Below are positions 8,014 to 15,428 of a DNA stretch of 32,000 bases, one piece after another (the first letter of the stretch is position 1; every line of letters begins with the position of its first letter). The DNA lies in the NCBI GenBank assembly GCA_045655245.1, contig JAZOOX010000022.1, positions 13,292 through 45,291 on the forward strand, written 5' to 3'. The stretch is from Clostridia bacterium. GTDB lineage: Bacteria > Bacillota > Clostridia > RGIG8785. A program made the position numbers and the translations under genes. Under the pieces are notes generated by a model. That model was not told the origin of the DNA and did no database searches. It worked only from the letters and a program-made list of their open reading frames with translations.

Positions 8014-9762
8014 TTATTCTACAGTAACTGACTTTGCCAGGTTGCGGGGTTTGTCGATGTCGCAACCCTTCTCTTTCGCCACATAATAGGCAAACAACTG
8101 AAGCAGGGTTACAGCAGGCAACGACGCAAATTCGTCGGGTGTGGTCGGAATTGTCCAGACCCAATCTGCTACATCAGACAGGTCGCATCCTTCCTGGGTA
8201 ACGGCCAGTACCTTTGCCCCGCGGGACTTCACTTCACGGATGTTAGCAACCATCTTGGGCAGGAGTTCCTTTTGGGTACAGAGCGCAACCACGGGCGTCC
8301 CGTCTTCAATCAAGGAGATGGTGCCGTGCTTTAACTCCCCTGCGCCATAGGCTTCGGAATGGATGTACGAGATTTCTTTAAGCTTTAACGAGCCTTCCAT
8401 CGCCAAGGCATAGTCGCAGCCACGACCGATATAAAAGATGCTGGCAGCGTGAGCAAAGGCTTTGGAAAGGGATTTTACCTCGTCCCCTTTTTCAAGCACC
8501 TTTGCAACTGTTTCGGGAAGGGGAGACAGTACATCGGTCTCCACCTTTGCCAACGCCAATGCCATACGATAAATGGCCATTAACTGAGCGGAATAGGCTT
8601 TGGTGGTAGCAACGGCAATTTCAGGTCCTGCCGAGATATAAAATACATCGTCCGATTCCCGTGCAATGGTAGAACCCACCACGTTGACAATACCTAAGAC
8701 CCGTGCGCCCAAGCGCTTTGCCTCCCGCAGGGCGGCAAGGGTATCGGCTGTTTCACCGGACTGGCTGATAACAACTACCAGCGTGTTTTCGTCCAGCACG
8801 GGGTTGCGGTAACGGTACTCGGATGCGATATCCACAAAAACGGGAATCCGAGCCAGTTTTTCGATGACGTACTTGCCCACCATTCCAACGTGGTAAGCAG
8901 AGCCACAAGCTACGATATGCACCGCAGAGGGCAATTTGTCAAAATGAAAACTGCCATTGTGCAGAGTACGCTTTAAAACACCAGGTTCCTCGTGCATTTC
9001 CTTTTCCATAAAGTGGGCGTACCCACCCATTTCCGCCGCATCGGTGTCCCAATCGACGTTTTGTTGCGGTTTTGCAATCGGCTGACCATCGGCGTTGAAA
9101 AATTGTGCCGCAGTTTCGGTCAAGACTGCCAGTTCCCCGTCTTCCATCAAATAGACTTTACGGGTGTAAGGAAGCAATGCAGGGATGTCGGAGGCGAGGT
9201 AGAAACCATTCTCTCCCGCACCGACTACCAGAGGACTGTCCTGACGGACGGCAATGACACGATCGGGATAATTGCGGTCCAAAACGCCCAAAGCGTACGA
9301 GCCGGAAAGGCGCGCTACCGTTTTGCGTACAGAAACCATCGGGTCGGCATCGGCATAGCGGTCTAAGAGCTGAGCAATAACCTCGGTATCCGTTTCGGAA
9401 GCAAAGACTGCGCCCGATTCTGTCAGTTCACGACGCAATTCGGCATCGTTTTCGATAATTCCGTTATGCACTACCGCAAAACGGCCCGAAGGACTTAAAT
9501 GAGGATGGGCATTGGCATCAGAAGGAGCGCCGTGGGTTGCCCATCGGGTATGCCCGATACCAACCGTCCCTGAAAGGGGAGTTTCTTCCAGCCGTTCTTT
9601 TAACACACTTAAGCGGCCTTTGGCTTTAACCGCCAAAAGTCCTTCTTTGGACAGGGTGGCAACCCCTGCCGAATCGTAACCGCGATACTCCAAACGAGAA
9701 AGTCCGTCCAGTAAGAAAGGGAGCGCAAGCTCCTGTCCGATATATCCTACAATTCCACACAT
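8014..9762 (-). CDS. glmS: glutamine--fructose-6-phosphate aminotransferase
   Basis: Starts with the MCGIVGYIG Ntn nucleophile and has two SIS domains (VVISQSGETADT). It ends with the canonical NLAKSVTVE C-terminus. Confidence 0.95.
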   Translation of the reverse strand: MCGIVGYIGQELALPFLLDGLSRLEYRGYDSAGVATLSKEGLLAVKAKGRLSVLKERLEETPLSGTVGIGHTRWATHGAPSDANAHPHLSPSGRFAVVHNGIIENDAELRRELTESGAVFASETDTEVIAQLLDRYADADPMVSVRKTVARLSGSYALGVLDRNYPDRVIAVRQDSPLVVGAGENGFYLASDIPALLPYTRKVYLMEDGELAVLTETAAQFFNADGQPIAKPQQNVDWDTDAAEMGGYAHFMEKEMHEEPGVLKRTLHNGSFHFDKLPSAVHIVACGSAYHVGMVGKYVIEKLARIPVFVDIASEYRYRNPVLDENTLVVVISQSGETADTLAALREAKRLGARVLGIVNVVGSTIARESDDVFYISAGPEIAVATTKAYSAQLMAIYRMALALAKVETDVLSPLPETVAKVLEKGDEVKSLSKAFAHAASIFYIGRGCDYALAMEGSLKLKEISYIHSEAYGAGELKHGTISLIEDGTPVVALCTQKELLPKMVANIREVKSRGAKVLAVTQEGCDLSDVADWVWTIPTTPDEFASLPAVTLLQLFAYYVAKEKGCDIDKPRNLAKSVTVE

Positions 9763-9763
9763 A

Positions 9764-11449
9764 TTAATTCAACCTCGCTTCAATCATTTTAGTTAGGTAA
9801 TCTGCTTTTTTAGTAATCAGGGCATGATTCTCTCCTTCAATCATTACCCGCACACAAGGCTCGGTACCCGAGGGGCGCACCAGCACACGACCGCGGTCGG
9901 CCAGTTCCTCTTCTACACGAGCGATTTCTTCTTGGATAACGGGGTCGGAGAGACACTCCTTTTTCTTGGTGTTTGCCACCTTGGCGTTTATAATCACCTG
10001 GGGCATAGGAGTAAACCCGTCTGCCAGCTCGGAGAGCTTTTTACCGCTGCGTCGGAGTACGGTCAACAACTGCAACGCAGTGCAAAGTCCGTCCCCCGTA
10101 GTATTACTATCTAAGAAAATGATATGTCCCGACTGTTCCCCGCCGATACAATAGCCCGAACGGACCATTTCCTCTAACACATAGCGGTCGCCCACATCGG
10201 TACGGACAATGTTGATGCCCCGCTCCTTTGCGGCGAGAATCAGACCCAGATTGGTCATGACCGTGGTTACCAGAGTGTCTTTTTTCAACAAGCCACGGGA
10301 TTTTAAGTCGTCGGCACAGATGAACATAATCTTATCACCATCCACCAGACGACCGGTTTCGTCTACTGCCAGTACACGGTCAGCATCGCCGTCAAAGGTC
10401 AACCCCAAGTCAACGTCAATTTTACGGACATATTCGCAAAATTCCCGAGGATGGGTGGAACCGCAGTTGGCGTGGATGTTGGTACCGTTGGGGTGATTAT
10501 GTACCGCATAGACATCGGCACCCAGGTCGACCAGCACCCGCACGGTGGTTTCATACGATGCACCGTTGGCACAGTCCACGGCGATACGCATTCCGCGAAG
10601 GTCGCCTGTAATCGTGCTTTTAGCGTGGTCAATATACTCCTGCGCTGCAGTCTTTAAGACTTCGGTATGGCCGACGGCATCCCCTGTAGGCAGTACCGGG
10701 TCTTCCGATTCATCCAGTACGATCCGTTCGATACGATGTTCCAATCGGTCAGACAGTTTATAGCCGTTGGCATTAAAAATCTTGATACCGTTAAACTCGG
10801 CGCTGTTGTGGGAAGCAGAAATCACAACGCCTGCATCGGCACCGTGCTTACGGGTCAAATATGCTACGGCAGGAGTGGGTATAACACCCAACTGCACTAC
10901 CTTTGCCCCGGCAGAGCAAAGTCCCGCAATCAACGCACCTTCCAGCATATCCCCCGAAAGACGGGAGTCCTTGCCAATAAACACTGTAGGTTTGTGAGAC
11001 AGTTCGCGGGTCAGGACATACGCACAGGCACGACCGATTGCCAGCGCCATTTCGCAAGTGAGTTCGGAATTGGCAACGCCCCGCACTCCATCGGTGCCAA
11101 AGAGGCGTCCCACTTTGGAGGAGTCCCCGGCAAAAAGAGCGTCTAAGCGCTTGGCATGAAACCCTGCGCGGTTCTTTTGCTCGGATTGCAAAAACTTGCG
11201 GTGGTCCCCGTCATAGTTATTGCGGATTTCCTCGGCACAGTCGTCGTAACGAACGCGAATGTCAGTCAGTCCCAAAAGAAAATCAGCTGAAACGCGAAAG
11301 AGCAACGACATCTGACGGATGGAATCGTGGTCAGGCTGACTGGATCCCGACTCCCACATGGCAACGGTGGAGCGGGAAACACCCAGTTTTTCGGCCAATC
11401 GTTGTTGGCTTAAGTTGGCTTCTTTACGAAGCAGTTTCATTGGATTCAT
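9764..11449 (-). CDS. glmM: phosphoglucosamine mutase with an in-frame N-terminal XRE-family HTH domain (561 aa)
   Basis: ATG 11449 is preceded by AGAGGTG. Residues 1-63 (LRKEANLSQQRLAEKLGVSRSTVAMWESGSSQPDHDSIRQMSLLFRVSADFLLGLTD) form a Cro/C1-type HTH. From residue 113 the sequence is canonical GlmM: GRLFGTDGVRGVAN and the active site SASHNSAEFNGIK. An internal GTG at 11113 would give a standard 449-aa GlmM. There is no stop codon between the two parts. Confidence 0.8.
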   Translation of the reverse strand: MNPMKLLRKEANLSQQRLAEKLGVSRSTVAMWESGSSQPDHDSIRQMSLLFRVSADFLLGLTDIRVRYDDCAEEIRNNYDGDHRKFLQSEQKNRAGFHAKRLDALFAGDSSKVGRLFGTDGVRGVANSELTCEMALAIGRACAYVLTRELSHKPTVFIGKDSRLSGDMLEGALIAGLCSAGAKVVQLGVIPTPAVAYLTRKHGADAGVVISASHNSAEFNGIKIFNANGYKLSDRLEHRIERIVLDESEDPVLPTGDAVGHTEVLKTAAQEYIDHAKSTITGDLRGMRIAVDCANGASYETTVRVLVDLGADVYAVHNHPNGTNIHANCGSTHPREFCEYVRKIDVDLGLTFDGDADRVLAVDETGRLVDGDKIMFICADDLKSRGLLKKDTLVTTVMTNLGLILAAKERGINIVRTDVGDRYVLEEMVRSGYCIGGEQSGHIIFLDSNTTGDGLCTALQLLTVLRRSGKKLSELADGFTPMPQVIINAKVANTKKKECLSDPVIQEEIARVEEELADRGRVLVRPSGTEPCVRVMIEGENHALITKKADYLTKMIEARLN

Positions 11450-11467
11450 TTTGTCACCTCTTCTTTC

Positions 11468-11497
11468 ATTATAGGTTTTGTTGCCCAAAAGAGTCAA
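11468..11497 (-). promoter_or_regulatory. sigma-70 promoter of the HTH-glmM-glmS operon
   Basis: On the minus strand, TTGACT (11497-11492) is followed by N18 and TATAAT (11473-11468). This leaves only about 15 nt of leader before the RBS and ATG. Confidence 0.65.
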
Positions 11498-11531
11498 CGG
11501 ATTCTTGACATTTTCGGTCAAGTTTGTTGAC
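11493..11531 (-). promoter_or_regulatory. two operator-like inverted repeats, GTCAA-N5-TTGAC and GTCAA-N7-TTGAC
   Basis: Perfect 5-bp half-sites lie at 11517-11531 (N5 spacer) and 11493-11509 (N7 spacer). Each is preceded by the direct repeat AATGTCAA. The promoter-proximal half-site is the -35 hexamer itself. Confidence 0.5.
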
Positions 11532-11544
11532 ATTATTATTTCCC

Positions 11545-11573
11545 AAAAAAAGAAAGGGTCGGAATCGACCCTT
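11545..11573 (-). terminator. rho-independent terminator after the LCP gene
   Basis: On the minus strand, GGGTCG-attc-CGACCC is followed by TTTCTTTTTTT. Confidence 0.75.
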
Positions 11574-12509
11574 TTATTCGTTTTCGGGAATTTGTACGGG
11601 ATCATCCGAGAAGTAAATTGCACGGATGTCTGCCATTTCCTGAATATGTTTTTCGCCGCGGACAACATAGGAAACACCGCCGATGTCCTGTGCCGTTGAG
11701 GGCAACATAAACATATACACACGGTCGGTGGAGATTTTGGGTGCCAGCATAGCGTACTTGGTGATCTGCGCCATAGAAAGGCTGGTGTCCACTGCTTCGG
11801 TCAGCACTTTTGCAATATTGTCCACCTTCCCCAGGTAGCGCAGGTTGACCTTTTGGTCGATGAAGCATTTGATGAAGTATTGTTGTGCCGAAACGCGGCC
11901 CAGGTCACCGTTGACATAACCGCTTCTGAACCGGACAAACTGTTCAGACTTTTCGCCGTTTAAAACCTGGCGGCCTGCGTCAATATGGATATGCAAGTTT
12001 TGAATGGGATCGTCATAGTGCATCCCCGGTTGGGGTACGTCTACTTCAACCCCCCCTAAAATGTCAATAACCTCGCGGAAGCTGGAAGTATCCAGCTTCA
12101 CGAAATGGTGAATGGGCAAGCCCGTAATTTCACGGACGGCACGGATTAATATTTCTTCTTCCGAGTCCACCTTTCCCTGTTTGAACAGCGAAACGCCGAC
12201 CCCGTAAGCTTCGTTGATTTTACGATAGCGACCCTCGATTAACAAGCGGGTATCCCGAGGGATGGAGATGGTGGAAAGGTCCCCGTTATCGGTATTTAAA
12301 CTGGCTAAAATAATGGTGTCAGTCAAGGAAGCAACCCTGTCCTTCCCAAAGACCAGGACGTTGACGCGGTTGGACTCGATGGGGTCGCCGCCGATCATCA
12401 CATTGCCGACCTGCGGGGTCAAATGCAACCCCAAAAGGATACCGCCGCCAATGGCCAGAAACACGCACATTGCCATTGCTATTGTCTTGAAAAATACACG
12501 CATATTCAT
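11574..12509 (-). CDS. LCP (LytR-CpsA-Psr) family cell-envelope polymer transferase
   Basis: Has an N-terminal TM helix followed by NVLVFGKDRVASLTDTIILASLNTDNGDLSTISIPRDT, the LCP core motif. Confidence 0.85.
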   Translation of the reverse strand: MNMRVFFKTIAMAMCVFLAIGGGILLGLHLTPQVGNVMIGGDPIESNRVNVLVFGKDRVASLTDTIILASLNTDNGDLSTISIPRDTRLLIEGRYRKINEAYGVGVSLFKQGKVDSEEEILIRAVREITGLPIHHFVKLDTSSFREVIDILGGVEVDVPQPGMHYDDPIQNLHIHIDAGRQVLNGEKSEQFVRFRSGYVNGDLGRVSAQQYFIKCFIDQKVNLRYLGKVDNIAKVLTEAVDTSLSMAQITKYAMLAPKISTDRVYMFMLPSTAQDIGGVSYVVRGEKHIQEMADIRAIYFSDDPVQIPENE

Positions 12510-12538
12510 AGAAACAACCTCGATGTTCTTTCGTTTAT

Positions 12539-12587
12539 AAAAAAATCCTCCGCAGATGGTACAAGTCTATCATACCACCAACGGAGG
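12539..12587 (-). terminator. probable terminator after the CarD-family gene
   Basis: On the minus strand, CCTCCG...CGGAGG encloses an inner TGGTA/TACCA helix and is followed by a T7 run. The loop is long, so confidence is moderate. Confidence 0.5.
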
Positions 12588-12601
12588 AAAATTACAAGTA
12601 C

Positions 12602-13102
12602 TTAATTCGAAGATATCTTTTTCAGGATATAAGGGGCAACTTCGTCCTGGGCGATCTTTAGGGTATAAGACAGTTCCTGGTGGAGTTGATGCTCCCCTTC
12701 TTTAAGGATCCCCTCTTCCACCGCCCAAAGGCGTTTGCCCGCCTGCTCTTTTTCTTCCCGCTTGCGGTGCAGGGCAATGATCAGCCGTAAAAGTTCTAAT
12801 TGGTCGCCTTTTTTTAAGATTTGTCTAAAGTACTGCTGCCGTTCCCGGTCGTTTTCGATCCAGGAAAGGGGTGCACTGTCCGCCTCTTCCAACAGACGGT
12901 CCACCCGTGAGGAGTCCAAAAGGGGTCGGAGTTTCTTTTCCGCAGTGTCTACGGGCAGGAAAAGCAGAGTGCGGTCGGTTTCGTCTACCGAGCGGAGACG
13001 GTAGTAGTCCCGGGTGTTACCCACCACTGTCTTTGATTCGATTTCTTCAATAATACACACCCCTACGCCCAGATAAAACACGCGTTCATTCTTCCGAAAC
13101 AT
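12602..13102 (-). CDS. CarD/CdnL family transcriptional regulator
   Basis: MFRKNERVFYLGVGVCIIEEIESKTVVGNTRDYYRL forms a CarD_CdnL_TRCF N-terminal domain, followed by a helical C-terminal domain. I chose ATG 13102 because GGGAG lies 8 nt upstream. The track start at 13120 is a TTG. Confidence 0.8.
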   Translation of the reverse strand: MFRKNERVFYLGVGVCIIEEIESKTVVGNTRDYYRLRSVDETDRTLLFLPVDTAEKKLRPLLDSSRVDRLLEEADSAPLSWIENDRERQQYFRQILKKGDQLELLRLIIALHRKREEKEQAGKRLWAVEEGILKEGEHQLHQELSYTLKIAQDEVAPYILKKISSN

Positions 13103-13124
13103 CCGATTCACTCCCTTCAAACTA

Positions 13125-13154
13125 ATTATACCACTTTTCAGGAAACAATTTCAA
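13125..13154 (-). promoter_or_regulatory. putative promoter of the CarD-family gene
   Basis: On the minus strand, TTGAAA-N18-TATAAT with a TGg extended -10 element. Confidence 0.4.
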
Positions 13155-13180
13155 ATGGGCATTTTTCACAAAAATTTCGT

Positions 13181-13636
13181 TCAATTCAGATAGGCAATCA
13201 TTGCATTTAAATAAGCCGCAAACGCCAACCAGATCAGGTACGGGATAAACAGATACCCCGCCAAAGGACGGCATTGATACAACGAGATTGCCGTCCAGAG
13301 TGCCGCCCCAAACAAAAGCAGTAACAGCACAAAGGATGCCCACAGGGCTTGTGCGTTAAAGAAGAGCAAGGGCCACAAGAAATTTAACAGCAACTGGACA
13401 CAAAAGAGCAACAAACTCTTGACACATCCCCGATTATAGGCAATGACGGCGGAGATGCCCATCAGCGTGTACAAGATCGACCACACAATGGGGAACAGAA
13501 TGGGTGGCGGCGCCAGAGGCGGTTGCACCACAGTCTCGTAAAAATCAGTGCCGCCCCGGGTCAATAGTGCGGCAAGCCCTCCTGCCACCAAGGGCAGAAT
13601 AAACCAAAAAATGCGAAGATAGGTTTGTTTTTTCAT
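13181..13636 (-). CDS. tspO: TspO/MBR tryptophan-rich sensory protein
   Basis: Five TM helices with PPLAPPPILFPIVWSILYTLMGISA and NFLWPLLFF motifs. ATG 13636 has AAGGAG 8 nt upstream. Confidence 0.85.
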   Translation of the reverse strand: MKKQTYLRIFWFILPLVAGGLAALLTRGGTDFYETVVQPPLAPPPILFPIVWSILYTLMGISAVIAYNRGCVKSLLLFCVQLLLNFLWPLLFFNAQALWASFVLLLLLFGAALWTAISLYQCRPLAGYLFIPYLIWLAFAAYLNAMIAYLN

Positions 13637-13692
13637 ACTTTTGTCTCCTTTCCCTTTATTGTATGAATTTTCCTGAAATTTATACAGAGGAA

Positions 13693-13721
13693 TTGACAAG
13701 CGCACCATGGCATAGTATAAT
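13693..13721 (+). promoter_or_regulatory. consensus sigma-70 promoter for the FMN riboswitch and ribU
   Basis: TTGACA (13693-13698)-N17-TATAAT (13716-13721). Confidence 0.8.
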
Positions 13722-13723
13722 TA

Positions 13724-13845
13724 AAGATGTCTTTGGGGCGGGGTGCAATTCCCCACCGGCAGTAACAGCCTGCGAGCCGCTTTTGCGGTTGACTCGGTGT
13801 GATTCCGAGGCCGACGGTACAGTCCGGATGAGAAAAGACGGCAGG
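13724..13845 (+). promoter_or_regulatory. FMN riboswitch (RFN element)
   Basis: The conserved RFN core is present: GGGGCGGGGTGCAATTCCCCACCGGC.GTA...AGCC.GCGAGC...GGTTGACTCGGTGTGATTCCGAGGCCGACGGTACAGTCCGGATGAGA. P1 pairs GTCTTT with AAAGAC. Confidence 0.92.
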
Positions 13846-13854
13846 AGTGTTTGT

Positions 13855-13882
13855 GTCCGTCCCCCGTGGACGGACTTTTTTA
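13855..13882 (+). terminator. FMN-riboswitch expression-platform terminator
   Basis: GTCCGTCC-cccgt-GGACGGAC is followed by T6, immediately upstream of the ribU RBS (GGAGG at 13885-13889). Confidence 0.85.
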
Positions 13883-13895
13883 TTGGAGGCTTATA

Positions 13896-14486
13896 ATGAA
13901 AAACAAATCCCTGAACTTACTGGTCAAACTGGCAATGCTCTCGGCGGTGGCAATGGCACTGATGCTCTTTGAATTCCCTCTGCCATTTATCGCGCCGCCC
14001 TTTTACGAAATCGACCTCAGCGAGGTCCCTGTTCTGATTGGGGCGTTTGCATTCGGTCCTTGGGCGGGTGCCATCGTTGAAGGCGTAAAAATTCTTTTGA
14101 ACCTGCTGATTAACGGCACCGTTACCGCAGGGATTGGGGAGCTTTCCAACTTTGTTCTGGGTGTGGTCTTCGTCCTGCCTGCCGCCTGGGTCTATCAGAA
14201 AAACAAAACGAAAAAAGGTGCCCTGTACGGATTGCTTACGGGGACGGTCCTGCTGTTGGTACTGGGTTGCTTCATTAACGCCTTTGTTATGCTCCCTGCT
14301 TACGGCAACGCCTTTGGAATGCCTATTTCCGCCTTTGTGGATATGGCAGCGCAGATTCATCCCTCCATTGACACGGTATTGGAATTCGTCCTCTTTTGCG
14401 TTTTGCCTTTTAATCTGATCAAGGCAGTGCTGGTCTCGGTCATTACCCTTTTGATTTACAAAAAACTTTCCCCCGTTCTCCATTGA
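13896..14486 (+). CDS. ribU: ECF-transporter S component for riboflavin (RibU-like)
   Basis: A 196-aa six-TM protein (FEFPLPFIAPPFYEIDLSEVPVLIGAFAFGPWAG) sitting directly behind an FMN riboswitch. ATG 13896 is 6 nt after GGAGG. Confidence 0.8.
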   Translation: MKNKSLNLLVKLAMLSAVAMALMLFEFPLPFIAPPFYEIDLSEVPVLIGAFAFGPWAGAIVEGVKILLNLLINGTVTAGIGELSNFVLGVVFVLPAAWVYQKNKTKKGALYGLLTGTVLLLVLGCFINAFVMLPAYGNAFGMPISAFVDMAAQIHPSIDTVLEFVLFCVLPFNLIKAVLVSVITLLIYKKLSPVLH

Positions 14487-14510
14487 CAGCTGTCGAATTT
14501 TGTGTATAAT
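14483..14510 (+). promoter_or_regulatory. putative mscL promoter
   Basis: TTGACA (overlapping the ribU stop)-N16-TATAAT. Confidence 0.55.
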
Positions 14511-14532
14511 AATGGTATAAGGAGTGATACAA

Positions 14533-14949
14533 ATGTGGAAAGAATTTAAGGAATTTGCATTCAAAGGAAATGTCATTGACCTGGCTGTCGGTATGGTTGT
14601 CGGTGCCGCTTTCACCTCCATCGTCAAATCACTGGTCGCCGATATCATCACCCCCTTGATCGGTGTATTAACCAAAGGCGTGGACTTTAAAAATCTGCAG
14701 TTCGTTCTCGCCACCGACCCCGCTACGGGAGAGGTTACCTCTGCCCTGACTTACGGCGCGTTTATCCAGAATGTAATTGACTTTTTCATCGTTGCCTTCT
14801 CCATCTTTGCGGTGGTTAAGGTCATCAACACCGCCAAGAAAAAGTTTGAAAAAAAGGAAGCGGTTGTGGAAGAAGTGGTCGAAGAGCCCAAACCCACCTC
14901 CGAAGAACTGCTGGCTGAGATTCGCGACCTGTTAAAAGAAAAGCAATAA
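14533..14949 (+). CDS. mscL: large-conductance mechanosensitive channel
   Basis: [44 protein letters not shown] is the canonical MscL N-terminus. AAGGAG lies 8 nt upstream of ATG 14533. Confidence 0.9.
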   Translation: MWKEFKEFAFKGNVIDLAVGMVVGAAFTSIVKSLVADIITPLIGVLTKGVDFKNLQFVLATDPATGEVTSALTYGAFIQNVIDFFIVAFSIFAVVKVINTAKKKFEKKEAVVEEVVEEPKPTSEELLAEIRDLLKEKQ

Positions 14950-14978
14950 AAAAGGGAGCGTTTACGCTCTTTTTTTGT
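14950..14978 (+). terminator. rho-independent terminator after mscL
   Basis: GAGCG-ttta-CGCTC is followed by a T8 run. The stem is short. Confidence 0.6.
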
Positions 14979-14989
14979 ATGGGAAACAG

Positions 14990-15018
14990 TTGAAATCGAT
15001 GTTTTTCTATGCTAGAAT
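14990..15018 (+). promoter_or_regulatory. putative promoter upstream of rubredoxin
   Basis: TTGAAA-N17-TAGAAT with a TGc extended -10. It lies about 200 nt upstream of the rubredoxin ATG. Confidence 0.5.
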
Positions 15019-15226
15019 ACTCTTAAGGTCATAAGTGTACTACTCTCAAGATTACCGAAAGCACGCTTCGTCTTTCCATCGGCGAGGGTATTGGAATATG
15101 CCGTCCGAGAACCGTACATACTGATTGAAAATGACCGGAACTCTGTTTGTGTCCTGAAGAAAACCGTTTAAAAACCTGCCTGAAGAGCATTTCTTCCTGC
15201 AGGGTGAATCATAAGGAGGAATAATA

Positions 15227-15385
15227 ATGAAGAAGTATGTTTGTGACGCTTGCGGTTGGGAGTATGACGAGGAAGTAGGTGCTCCCGATTTGGGTATTGC
15301 CCCCGGCACCAAGTTCGAGGATCTGCCCGACGATTTTGAATGCCCCCTCTGCGGTGTGGGCAAGGACATGTTCTCCGAAGCATAA
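15227..15385 (+). CDS. rubredoxin (52 aa; too short for the supplied ORF track)
   Basis: I translated it by hand: [52 protein letters not shown]. It has both CxxCG knuckles and the conserved W/Y/F core. AAGGAGG lies 7 nt upstream. Confidence 0.9.
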   Translation: MKKYVCDACGWEYDEEVGAPDLGIAPGTKFEDLPDDFECPLCGVGKDMFSEA

Positions 15386-15393
15386 GCAAACAG

Positions 15394-15428
15394 AAAAAAA
15401 AGCGAAGCCAAACGGCTTCGCTTTTTTG
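15394..15428. terminator. bidirectional terminator between rubredoxin and thrS
   Basis: A7-AGCGAAGCC-aaac-GGCTTCGCT-T6, located between convergent genes. Confidence 0.85.

Noticed and set aside
8014-9762. GlmS is about 20-25 aa shorter than the E. coli or B. subtilis enzymes.
   Set aside because: Both ends are canonical (MCGIVG... and ...KSVTVE) and both SIS domains are present. The difference is consistent with shorter loops and linker, not truncation.
11450-11722. The track extends the glmM ORF upstream to 11722 (652 aa).
   Set aside because: The extra 91 codons run through the predicted promoter, the operator palindromes, the LCP terminator hairpin and the 3' end of the LCP gene. ATG 11449 has a good RBS and starts exactly at the HTH domain.
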